The notes under the pieces: model-generated | What the model saw: the letters and a program-made list of their open reading frames with translations, nothing else | Databases searched by the model: none | Told to the model about the DNA's origin: nothing | Position numbers and translations under genes: made by a program | Source of the DNA: Malacoraja senta | Lineage: Eukaryota | NCBI GenBank assembly: GCA_038087875.1 | Contig: JAXLNO010000065.1 | Coordinates: forward strand, 248,001-312,000 | Direction of reading: 5' to 3' | Length of the DNA stretch: 64,000 nucleotides | In this document: positions 40,912 to 52,165 of the stretch, piece after piece | How positions within the stretch are numbered: position 1 is the first letter of the stretch | Layout of the letters: each line of letters starts with the position of its first letter

Positions 40912-41799
40912 AGATTCTACCACTCACCCATGCACTAGGGGTAAATTATGACCAGTTATAGTCAATGCAGCCAATTGACCCACAAAACCTTGGGAAGTGG
41001 GAGGAAGCTGGGGCATCCAAAGGAATCATGTGTGTTCACAGGGCGAATGTGCAAACTCCACAAGGACAGCACTGGAGGTTCACGATGGAACACGATGTGA
41101 GATAGCAGCTCTACTGATTCTGCCACTTTGTTGCCCTGTGATCAATGATCACAAAGAACAGATTATTTGACATCCATTGTTCTCAAATTCCTCCACTTTT
41201 GGGGAATGTCCTTGCCGTGTCTGGGTCCAGCCTGGTTCATATTGATTAGTCAACAGCTCCATTATGGTCCCAGGATGTTGGAAGCAGAACAAAGGGGATT
41301 TTTTTTTTGCTAATGCTATTTTTACTGTTCTCTTTTGAGGAAAGAATAGTAAACTGTGACACTTAGGAGGATTTTTTTTAACGTGAATGATTTGAACATT
41401 TTTCTCTATTAATATTAATCTATTTGTCATTCAATAAGCCCTATCCCCAGCATCTCTGTACTTTGAAAGAATGTTATCCATTGGCAGTGTCATTTTAAAC
41501 TCTGTACTCAGCACTGCTGTGTGTGTGTGCGTGTTTGTGTGTGTTTCTGTGTGTGTATGTTTGTTTCTGTGTGTGTGTGCATGAGGGTGTTTTCTCTGTG
41601 TGGGTGTGCGTTTGTGTGTGTGTGTGTGTGTGTGCACACGCGTGTCTGAGTGTGCGTCTACATGTGTGTTCCTCCACTGATGTTGATCCAGGCTCCAACA
41701 CACACGCGCGCAGTTACCCCTTGCCAGCAGCCTGTTATGGAATTTGAATCCCAACTCCCTCACAGTTACAATGTGAGCAGTTTCTGTTTGACGCCTTTA

Positions 41800-41800
<1 letters not shown>

Positions 41801-41879
<79 letters not shown>

Positions 41880-42530
41880 TCCCTCTCCCTCTCCTCTCCC
41901 TCTCCCTCTCCCTCTCCCTCTCCCTCTCCCTCCTCCTCTCCCTCTCCCTCCCTCTCCTCTCCCTCTCCCTCTCCCTCTCCCTCTCCCTCTCCCTCTCCCT
42001 CTCCCTCTCCCTCTCCCCTCTCCCTCTCCCTCTCCCTCTCCCTCTCCTCTCCCCTCTCCCTCTCCCTCTCCCTCTCCCTCTCCCCTCTCCTCTCCCTCTC
42101 CCTCTCCCCTCCTCCCTCTCCCTCTCCCTCTCCCTCTCCTCTCTCCCTCTCCCTCTCTCCTCTCCCTCTCCTTACCTCTCCCTCTCCTTACCTCTCCCTC
42201 TCCTTACCTCTCCCTCTCCTTACCTCTCCCTCTCCCTCTCCCTCTCCTCTCCCTCTCCCTCTCCCTCTCCCTCTCCCTCTCCCTCTCCCTCTCCCTCTCC
42301 CTCTCCCTCTCCCTCTCCCTCTCCCTCTCACTGTCTCTCTCCCTCTCACTGTCTCTCTCTCTGTCTCTCTGTCTCTCTCTCTATCTCTCTGTCTCTCTCT
42401 CTATCTCTCTGTCTCTCTCTCTCTCTCCGTCTCTCTCTCTGTCTCTCTCTCTCTGTCTGTCTCTCTGTCTCTCTGTCTCTCTGTCTCTCTCTCTCTCTGT
42501 CTCTCTCTCTCTTTGTCTCTGCCTCCTCCC
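41801..42530. repeat. ~730-bp compound polypyrimidine repeat: (CT)n, (CCTCTC)n and (CTGT/CT)n
   Basis: Directly visible; explains the spurious [11 protein letters not shown]. Confidence 0.97.
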
Positions 42531-44073
42531 AGCCCCCGCTTGCCCTGTCCCATCCCCTGACTTACAGACACTGGCAGTCAGGAGGCCGAGCTCTCGTCAT
42601 GCAGCCAAACACTCCGTAGACCTGTCGTACGGTGTCACATCAGAAGCTAGTCAATAAGGATCTATGAAAGCTTTCATAGTGTAGCCCTGTCATGGCAAAT
42701 GATAGTCACAATAATGGCCAGTATCAGGAGAGATTAATGAAATGCTGGTGAAGAACCCACCCAGCTTTTGTAGCTTCACCCGTTAATGAAGGGTGAAATC
42801 TCAGCTCACAAGGCCATTCTTCGAAGGAGTGAGGGGCCGTCCACCTTCCCGCTCTGTCCCCACTCCGCTGGCTGGTTTCCCTTTGCCTACAGATTCTTCT
42901 GCCACTTGAAGCTACCTGTCCATTGCTGCTCTATCCAGCCTCTTCCAGTTGTTAATGGCTGGTCAATGTTGGCTCTCACATGGGTCTAGAAGGGCTCTCT
43001 ACAACCTCTCACTAACCTCCCATGCACCCACTTCCTGAGCCCGGAAGCCCAGGTTATCTACACAACTCCAGTACTCTGTGAAGATTTCTTCTTTGGATCT
43101 GTGCCTGGGCGCCCCAATTATTTCACAACAGCCCCTGTGTGAAGATAGAACACAGGAGCACGAGTAGGCCATTCGGCCCTTCAGGCTTGCTCAATCATTC
43201 AATGTGATCATAACTCATGCTCAATCACAATACAATATTTCCACCCTCTCCCCATATCCCGAGACACCTTTTGTCAGGGGATATGGGGAGAAGGCAGGAA
43301 CAGTGTATTGATTGGGGATGATCAGCCATGATCATATTGAATGGCGGTGCTGGCTCGAAGGGCTGAATGGCCTACTCCTGCACCTATTGTCTATTGTCCA
43401 GAAAATGTTTATAGAAAGCATGAACTTACACACTGGAGGATGGCTAATGTTGTGCCTCTATTTAAGAAGGGCTGCAAGGAAATGCCTGGGAACTATAGAC
43501 CCGTGAGCCTCATGTCTGTGGTAGGCAAGATCAGACCCAGGTCGCATTGAACAGGGTCCTTTCCCTACATTTTCACTGCAATTGGCAGCGCCCTGAGAAT
43601 TAATATTGCACCAGTTCAGTGCAGCATGAACAGATAATATAAGGATTAATGGCTTGTCTGTTGAAACACATAAATTAGGTTTATTTACTATTTCATGTTA
43701 GCTCTAAGTATGTGTTTCCATTTGTCAGCTCCTTTGGTTTATTTCGAGTTGTTTGTTGCTCCACTCCCTTCACTTGCAGTAATCAACAGGGGGGACGTTT
43801 CACTTCCTGCAGAGTGGAGTCAGGCTTTCCCCAGGGTCAATACCAGGCTTCTGGCGGTGGAAGTAACTGAGGTGTCAGAGAGCCCATCTTGTGATCTCCT
43901 CATTTTCAATCAAATTTCCATACTTTATTGCCACATAAACCTAGGAAGAGTGAAATTCTTTGTTTCACATATAATCCGGTAAAATCATACTATAGATAAG
44001 CACAATAATAGATAAGTACAAAAGTGCAATGATTGTAGTGTAAGAATAGTAGACCACTGAAGCAGTACCAAAA

Positions 44074-44165
44074 GTCTGAAGAAGGGTTTCGGCCCGAAAC
44101 GTTGCCTATTTCCTTCGCTCCATAGATGCTGCAGCACCCGCTGAGTTTCTCCAGCATTTTGTGTA
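44074..44165 (+). ncRNA. Candidate minimal hammerhead / PLE-derived short element, near-identical to 46569-46663
   Basis: CTGAAGAAGGGTTTCGGCCCGAAACGTT at 44076-44103; possible 7-bp TSD CCAAAAG (44068-44074 and 44170-44176). Confidence 0.5.
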
Positions 44166-46129
44166 CCATCCAAAAGAGTCACCATGTTTCTAGTGCCAAC
44201 TTCTTAATAGTACAGAGTCTTATCTTGCCTTTGAGGCCCACTGTGCTGGCGGCCACACTGGTCGGTGTTGTAGGTGTTGACCTGGCCTGGCGATGCTGTT
44301 GGTGTCCTCCACCGCTGCTCTGCCTCTCCATACTGCTGTAGTCAGCATCTAATCCACTGTTCGGCCTCCAGTGGTGTCCATGCCAATGGTTTGTGGCTAG
44401 ACGTCAGTCGACCTTGGGACTGGGCCTGCCAAACCCACTCTAAGCTCAGCCGGTTGGTCAGCTGTGGTGGGTGCACATTGCCCCACCCCCCGCCCTTCCC
44501 TTCCATCCAGACAAGCAGGCCTATCCATGTGGCATGATTAGATCCATGACCAAGTGTGTTCGGCTGAAGACAGACACAAAAGGCTGGATTAACTCAGCGG
44601 GTCAAGCAGCATCTCTGGAGAAAAGGGGTCGGTGATGTTTTGGGTCGAGACCCTTCTTGTTATTGTATTTTGACCCCTATCCTCCCTCTGGTAATGGTTG
44701 ACTTCTTATTTTGAAACCTGGATGCTCTAACCAGGAGAAACACCCTCTCTGCACCCGTCGTGTGATGACCTGATTTTGTGCTTGTCAATTCCAGTAAAGT
44801 CAACAGAGTTCACACTCAGCCCTGCTCAACCTCTTGTGTAGGAAGAAACTGCAGATGCTGGTTTACACCGAAGATAGACACAAAATTCTGGGAGGGGAGA
44901 CTCGTCCTTGACTGTGCTGGTGACTTTGTGCAGCTAACATAGAAACATAGAAAATAGGTGCAGGAGTGGGCATTCGGCCTTCGGAGCCAATATGATCATG
45001 GCTGATCATCCAAAATCAGTACCCCGTTCCTGCTTTCTCCCCATATCCCTTGATTCCGTTAGCCCTAAGAGCTATTTCGAATTCTCTTGAGTTCCACTTG
45101 GGTTCCACTCAACCTTTGTCATCGGGCAGGCAGTGCACCATCGCTTGGGACAGCTCACAGCTGAAGCACTCTCCTCCTGCCCCCCACTCTGCTTGAAGCA
45201 CCCATTCTCCACGTGACCGAGGACATGTTCATTTCCCAGAGATCAGGTCATTCAGAAGGCGGCACTGTGGCTCGGAGGAAGAGTTGCTGCCCCACAGCGC
45301 CAGAGACCCGGATTTGATTCTGATTACGGAGTTGTACGTTCTCCCTGTGACCGCGTGGGTTTTCTCCAGGTGCTCCGGTTTCTTCCCACATAACATAGAT
45401 GTGCAGGTTTGTGTGTGAATGCTGGGCCCAATGAGCATTTTACAAATTGGTTTAAAGAATTAAGAAATGTTAAACACATTTAGACGCATGTTAAATCCTG
45501 CCACGACAAATGACAGGACCGTCTGACATCCACAGATTGTTCTCTGCGTCTGCCTTCCATGCAACTGTCTGCCCTGTCACTGCCTTAATTGCCAGTGCAT
45601 GCAGGCAATTCTTGGTAAGTGAAAGCCCAATTGAATCTGAGCAAGAACACGCTGCCATCACTCTCCTCATTACGTTCCCCTATTCCGCAGTGAAGTCTGA
45701 TCCCACAACTGGTTGATGAAATGAACATGTTCCAAATCAGGTTTGCCGTTACGCATAAACCCAGAGTGTGTTGGAAAGAACTGCAGATGCTGGTTTATAC
45801 TGACGATAAAGCTTCAACATTACATCCCTGTTTTTATATTCTAGGCCTCTCGAAATAAAACTAGCATTGCATTTGCCTTCCTTACTACCGATTCAACTTG
45901 CAAATTAACATTTGGGGAATCCTGCACCAGCATTCCCAAGTCCCTTTGCACCTCAGAAAATAGTTTATGCCTTTATTCCTACTACCAAAATGCATGACTT
46001 CACACTTTGCTACACTGCATTCCATCTGCTACTTCTTTGCTCACTCTCCCATCCCGTCCCAAATCCTTGTGCAGAGTCCCTGCCTTCTCTACACTACTTG
46101 CTCCTCCACCCATCTTTATATCATCTGGA

Positions 46130-47910
46130 AACCTTCAATTATACTTAAAGGGTTGACAGTGGAGATGCAACGGCGAAGCTTTAAAGACTGTATGGACGAA
46201 CTCCAGAAATTGTTCATCCCTGTCTGGCGAAAAAATAAAACGGGGCAGGCGGCTCAACCATAGCTGACGAGGGAATCTGAGGATAGTATTAAAGCCAAGC
46301 AAGAGGCATATAAATTGGCCAGAAGAAGCGGCAAACCAGAGGACTGGAAGAAAGTTAGAACTCAACAGAGGAGGACAAAGGGGTTAATTAAGAGGGGGGG
46401 GGGGGGGGGAAGCATGAAAGAAAGCTTGTGGAAAATATAAAAACTGACTGTAAAAGTTTCTATAGGTATGTAAAAATGAAAAGATTAATGAAGACAAATG
46501 TAGGTCCCTTAGAGTCAGAAACTGGATTTATGAAGGGGAAATCATGCTTGATTAATCTTCTGGAATGTACACAAAAATGCTGGAGAAGCTCAGCGGGTGC
46601 AGCAGCATCTATGGAGCGAAGGAAATAGGCAACGTTTCGGGCCGAAACCCTCTTCAGACTGACATCTTCTGGAATGTTTTGAGGATGTAACAATTAGAAT
46701 GGATAAGGGAGAGCCAGTGGATGTGGTGTATCTGGACTTTCAAGAAGCCTTTGACAAGGTCCCACACAAGAGATTAGTGTGCAGCATTAGAACACATGGT
46801 ATTGGGGGTAGGGTATTGACAAGGATAGAGAACTGTTGGCAGACAGGAAGCAAAGAGTAGGAATTAACGTGTCCTTTTCAGAATGGCAGGCATTAACTAC
46901 TGGGGTGCCACAAGGCTCAGTGCTGGGACCCCAGTTGTTTACAATATATATTAAACGATTTAGACAAAGGAATTAAATGTAACATCTCTAACTTTGCAAA
47001 TGACACAAAGCTGGGTGGCAGTGTAAGCTGCGAGGAGGATGTTATGAGGCTGCAGGGTGACTTGAATAGGTTGGGTGAGTGGGCAGAAGCATGGCAGATG
47101 CAGTATAATGTGGATAAATGTGAGGTTATCCACTTTGGTGGCAAGAACAGGAAGGCGGTTATTATCTGAATGGTGTCAGATTAAGAGAAGACGAGGTGCA
47201 ACGAGACCTGGGTGTGCTTGTACATCAGTCACTGAAAGTAAGCATGCAGGTACGTTTGAAGAAAGCCAATGGCATGCTGGCCTTCATTGCGAGAGGATTT
47301 GAGTTTCAGAGCAAGGAGGTCCTACTGCAGTTGTAAAGGGCCCTGGTGAGGCTGCATCTGGAGTATTGTGTGCAATTTTGGCCTAATTTGAGGAAGGACA
47401 TTATTGCTATTGAGGGAGTGTAGCGTAGGTTCACGAGGTTAATTCCCGGGATGGCGGGACTGACGTATAATGAAAGAATGGGTCGACTGGCTTTGTATTT
47501 GCTGAAATTTAGAAGGATGAGGGGGATCTTATAGAAACATATAACATTCTTAGAGGATTGGACAGGTAAATGCAGGAAAAATGTTCCCGATGTTGGGGAG
47601 TCCAGAACCAGGGGTCACAGTTTAAGAATAAGGGGTAGGCCATTTAGGGCTGAGATGAGGAAAAGCTTTTTCACCCAGAGAGTTGTGAATCTGTGGAATT
47701 CTCTGCCACAGAAGGCAGTGGAGGCCAATTCACTGGATGTTTTCAAGGGAGAGTTAGATTAGCTCTTAGAGCTAAAGGAATCAAGGGATATGCGGAAAAA
47801 GCCAGAACATGATACTGATTTTGGATGATCAACCTTGATCATATTGAATGGCGGTGCTGGTTCGAAAGGCTGAATGGCCTACTCCTGCATCTATTTATAT
47901 GTTTCTCTGT
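46130..47910 (+). mobile_element. Degraded CR1 ORF2 copy, same family as 34999-38050
   Basis: Colinear with the 35-38 kb copy (FKDCMDELQKLFIPVW; NIKTDCKSFYRYVK; GGSVSCEED), with an internal deletion, stops and frameshifts. A minus-strand CR1 fragment abuts it at about 45810-46130. Confidence 0.88.
46569..46663 (-). ncRNA. Candidate minimal (short stem III) hammerhead ribozyme in a 95-bp PLE-derived insertion
   Basis: Minus strand reads CTGAAGA-GGGT TTCG GCCC-GAAAC-GTT: CUGANGA, stem II, GAAA, palindromic ACGU and a UH site. It is flanked by the 14-bp direct repeat ATCTTCTGGAATGT. Stem I is weak and activity is unproven. Confidence 0.55.
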
Positions 47911-48154
47911 AATTCCCGCATCCAAATACATTCCCAGGAACTGTGCGCTAAACCATATAAAAAATGAAAGACAACATCCCTGCAATGGTTTTCTCCTCAT
48001 ACCTCAGTGTACAGCTTTAGCTGCAGTTAAAGAGCATCTTGCTGAGCCCAGGAGGAGAGGGGTTGTATGGATGGGAGGTGATGGAGGATGTAGACGAGGT
48101 TCTGGTGAAGCAGAAACCTGTTTCATAGATCAACTGGGGCAAATTGCCTGTAAA

Positions 48155-48612
48155 CTGTAATGTAATTGTATGTAATTACCCACAGTGTTACAGTTGCTCT
48201 GTATCAGTATCTTGACGTACTATCACCATCACAGGTTGTCGCATACATTTGGAGGGTCATGTGCAAAGTCGCAATTAAATATTAAAGTGGGCCTTAGAAG
48301 TCAGCGTCTTAACATCAATTGTTTCCAACTTGGTCTTGAAGGTCTTGACGTCGGGTGCAGTGCGAATTTCATGGTGGAGATGATTCCATTTGTGAATTGT
48401 CTTTTGGGTACAGTGTATACCTTTAACAGTCTTTATGGATGTTTTGGATGATGTTGTATTTGAAAAACCCCGATTGCCTGGTCTTTGTTGTCTGGATGAA
48501 TTTGTAGATTGAAGATGACTCTTGATGTTGCTCGGAATAAACCCTTGCGTTTCTTTATAGATGGTCGTCAGGCGTAATTTGGTCCTACGGTCATGAAGAG
48601 TTTCCCACTCAC
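48155..48612 (-). mobile_element. Divergent CR1-group (L2/Crack/Daphne-like) LINE 3' end
   Basis: Minus strand encodes EWETLHDRRTKLRLTTIYKETQG...YP(fs)TIHKWNHLHHEIRTAPDVKTFKTKL; it has an (ATTAC)n-like tail. Confidence 0.6.
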
Positions 48613-48789
48613 TGTATCAAACCAAATAGTTTGTGCTGTTATTCCATTATACTGGGAGTCAAATTGGAAAACATATAGAAAATACAAACACTGAACAGAT
48701 TGAGTGGGAAAGTGACCATCAGCCCTTTACAGGGTCCGATGACCGAGTCATGTCTTATGTGTATGTACGTAAGTGTGAATATATGGAGT

Positions 48790-49265
48790 GGTGATGTGTG
48801 TTTGTGTGTATTTACTGTGTGTGTGCAAGTGTGCTTGTTATCAGCTTGTGTGGGTGTTGGTGTGTGTATGAACATCAACAATGTGTATGTGCGTGTGTGC
48901 CTGTATGTATGCGTGCGTGTGTGCATGTGTACGTGTGTGTGTCTCTTTGTGCGTATTTGTCTTTGTGTGTCTTTATGGTTGTGTGTGCGTACATGTGTTT
49001 GTGTGTGCGTGTGTGTATATGTTTGTGTACGTGTGTGTCTCTTTGCACGTATTTGTCTTTGTGTGTCTTTATGTTTGTGTGTATATATGTATGTGCATGC
49101 GTGTGTACGTGTGTGTCGCTTTGAGCGTATTTGTCTTTGTGTCTTTATGTTAGTGTGTGCGTACATGTTTTTGTGTGTGTGTGTGTGTTTGTGCGTGTGT
49201 ATTTGTTAGCGTGTGTGTGTTTGTGTGGGAGTGTGTGGGTCTGTGGATGTGCGCGTGTGCATACA
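48790..49265. repeat. Degenerate (TG)n-rich minisatellite
   Basis: TG repeats with recurring tatttgtctttgtgt units. Confidence 0.9.
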
Positions 49266-50788
49266 CATGCAGTAATGGGGATGCATACACACATATTAAC
49301 TGTGATTGGGTTCGACTCTCCTTACCGTAAAATAATAGGCTTCTGAACGAGTGGCTGCCAGGAGACGTTTACTGGTGCTGCTCAGCTGATGGCATTTAAA
49401 TCTTGACTAATGTCCCCAGTGCACTTTAATCTGCCTGCTTTCAGACACAAAATTGAGTCTGCTTTCTGCTCTGTATACTTAGCTTGCCATTGTGAAAGCA
49501 GTAATTTGTTGTAATGGGCTGTTTGCAGAGTTGTTCCACCATGACCTTTTGCAAGAGGGCTTGCTGGATAAGTCATTTGAATTCCCTCCTTAAAGGGACC
49601 ATGAGTTTCCTTGTTTACATTGAAGATTGACATAAAATGCTGGAGTAACTCAGTAGGTCAGGCAGCATCATTGGCGAATAGGAATAGGTGACATTTCGGG
49701 TCAAGACTCTTCTTCAGACCTTCTTCAGTCTGAAGAAGAGTCTCGACCCGAAAAGTCACCTGCCGAGTAACTCCAGCATTTTGTGTCTATTTTCCATGCT
49801 TCTACAGAAGCATTAGCATAGTCTGCAGGGGAGGCCCTGTCTTACAAACTTTACTGAGTTTTTTTTAGGTGAAGGAGATGATTGATGATGAACAGGGAGT
49901 AGATGTTGGATGCATGGAGTTTCGTAAAGCTTTAGACAAAGACCTTCATGGTAGGCTGATTAAAATTAAGGCACATTGGATCCATGAAGACTTGGTGGAT
50001 TGGATTTTAAATTGGCTTGGCCATAGAAGAATGAGGGTAGTGGTAAAAGGGTGTTATTCTGACTCGACGTCTACGAACAAAGGTGTTCCACGAGGATCAC
50101 GAGTGCTGGGACCCCTGCTGTTTGCAATATATCTAAATGACGGACAAAAATGTAGCTGATTAGTAAGAAACAAGGAACTGCAGATACTGGTTTACAAAAA
50201 AGGCTCAATTTTGCAGTCTGTACGGAGTGTCTGCGTTCTCCCTGTGACCACAAGGGTTTTCTCCAGGTGCTCCGGTTTCCTCCCACATTCCAAAGATGTA
50301 CAGGTTTGTAGGTTAATTGGCTTTGGTAAAATTGTCCCTATAGTGTAGGATAGCACGGACTTGGTGGGCGGAAGAGCCTGTTTCCGCGCTGTATCTCTAA
50401 AGTCTAACGTCTAACGAAATGTGTATGTACTGATCTGTCTGTAACTTTGAAACCAGGCATCTAGTTCGAGATTCCAGCAAACTTTAACTTCTTGTGGGAG
50501 GGTACTGCACACAAACAGCTTGTCCAGAGGTTACCACAATGAGTACAATTCAATGAATCAACATTATCGGGGCATGGGGTGGCACAGTGGTGCAGTAGTA
50601 GAATTGCTGCCTTATGATCACCCCCTCACCCTCCTGCGCTCCAAGGAATTAACTCCAACTTGCCCAACCTCTCTATATAGCTCAGGACCTCGAGTCCTGG
50701 CATCATCCTCGTATGAGCTACTGTATGAATGTTGGTACAATTAAGATTTGGAATCTTTTTTTTCTCAGACGCTTCTTTCTCATTGCAG

Positions 50789-50881
50789 ACCAATGGCGGC
50801 TGGCAGGACGCAGCCACTCCTTCCTCCGTGACTTCACCGACAGAAGGACCTGGAAGTGTCCAGTCTGATACCTCCAACTGA
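50789..50881 (+). CDS. PBX: PBX terminal coding exon (equivalent to exon 9), including the stop codon
   Basis: cattgcag|ACC AAT GGC GGC TGG...TCC AAC TGA; encodes [30 protein letters not shown], the conserved PBX a-isoform C-terminus. Confidence 0.95.
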   Translation, partial: TNGGWQDAATPSSVTSPTEGPGSVQSDTSN

Positions 50882-51769
50882 TCTGCTAGCAATGAGGCAC
50901 CTTGGCAGCCTATGGGCTCACACACTGCATTAGCCAAACGGACAGTGGGAAATGGGGGTGGTGGGAGATGGGGGAAGGCGCGTGGGGGGGGGGGGGGGTG
51001 GGGGTGGGGGGGGGGGGTTGGGTTGGGGAGGCAGATCAACCAGACACCCAATCAGCTTAGTGTTTTTAATGGTTTATGGCCAATTGAGGCAGTCCTTTCA
51101 GTACTTTTTCTTTATCTGGGTATAGACGCACTCGCCTGAATGGGCTCAGCTTCAACTACAATCAAGAAGCTCGGCATTGTTCATGACAAGGCAGTCCACT
51201 TCATTGCCACCCCATCCATCCATCCTAAACATTCCCTCCACCCACCATTTGTGCACGGTGGCTCCAGTGCGCACCATCCACAAGAGGCACCGCAGACTGT
51301 ACTTGGAGGGGTCAGCTCACCATCTATGCCCCGACCCCACAAATGCTGCACAGCAAAGGGCGAGGCCAGCAGATACAGGGGAGCACCATCCCGTGCGGGT
51401 TCCCCACCAAGTCTCCTACCATTCTGACTTGGAAATATATACTGCCATTCCTTCATTGTCACTGGGTCTAAATCCTGGCACCCTCTCCATGGGAGCTCCT
51501 TCACCAGCAGCAGCACCAGTGGTTCAAGCAGGCTCATCGTCACCTTCTCAAGTGACACCTCCATACAGTTAAATTAATTAAATGCCCCCAAATCTTTTTT
51601 GACTATTGCCAAACCCATCCCCACTTCCCACCTGACACTGATCCTATGCCATTTCTTGACATTGCCAACAACCGATCTCCCCTCCCTAGGAAATGCAGCC
51701 TGTTCAGGTACATTGAGAGGCTGCCTTGATTTAATTCAGATTGAACAATTCCAGTAATAGTCCTACAGC

Positions 51770-52165
51770 AAGGAAACAGGCCCTTCAGCCCAACTGTCCA
51801 ATGCTGACCAAGATGCCTCATCAAAGCTAGCCCCATTTGGCCCATATCCCTCTAAACCTTTCCTATCCATGTACCTGTCCAACTGTCTTTTAAATGTTTA
51901 TATTGTATCTGCCTCAACTACCTCCTCTGGCAGCTCATTCCATTTGCCCACCACCCTCTGAGTGAAAAAGTTGCCCCCCTCAGGTCTATTTTAAATCTTT
52001 CTCCTCTCATATTAAACCTACGTCCTCTGGTACTTGATTCCCTTACTCTGGGTAAAATAATCTGTACATTCACGATATGAATTCTCCTTATCAGTTTATA
52101 CACCTCTACAAGACCATCCCTTAGTCTCCAGCGCTCCAAGGAATACAATCCTGGCTTGCCTAATC
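51770..52165 (-). mobile_element. CR1 3' fragment downstream of the PBX stop codon
   Basis: ORF 51918-52148(-) encodes YSLERWRLRDGLVEVYKL...STRGRRF. Confidence 0.8.

Noticed and set aside
39999..40961. 320-aa ORF and overlapping ORFs containing X runs
   Set aside because: They span GA repeats and the N gap; no recognisable domain.
41650..42657. 335-aa Pro/Leu/Ser-rich ORF (also 39178-39927 and 39276-39800)
   Set aside because: Translation of CT-rich microsatellites, which lack stop codons.
48639..49346. Cys/Val-rich and His/Thr-rich ORFs
   Set aside because: Translation of TG repeats.
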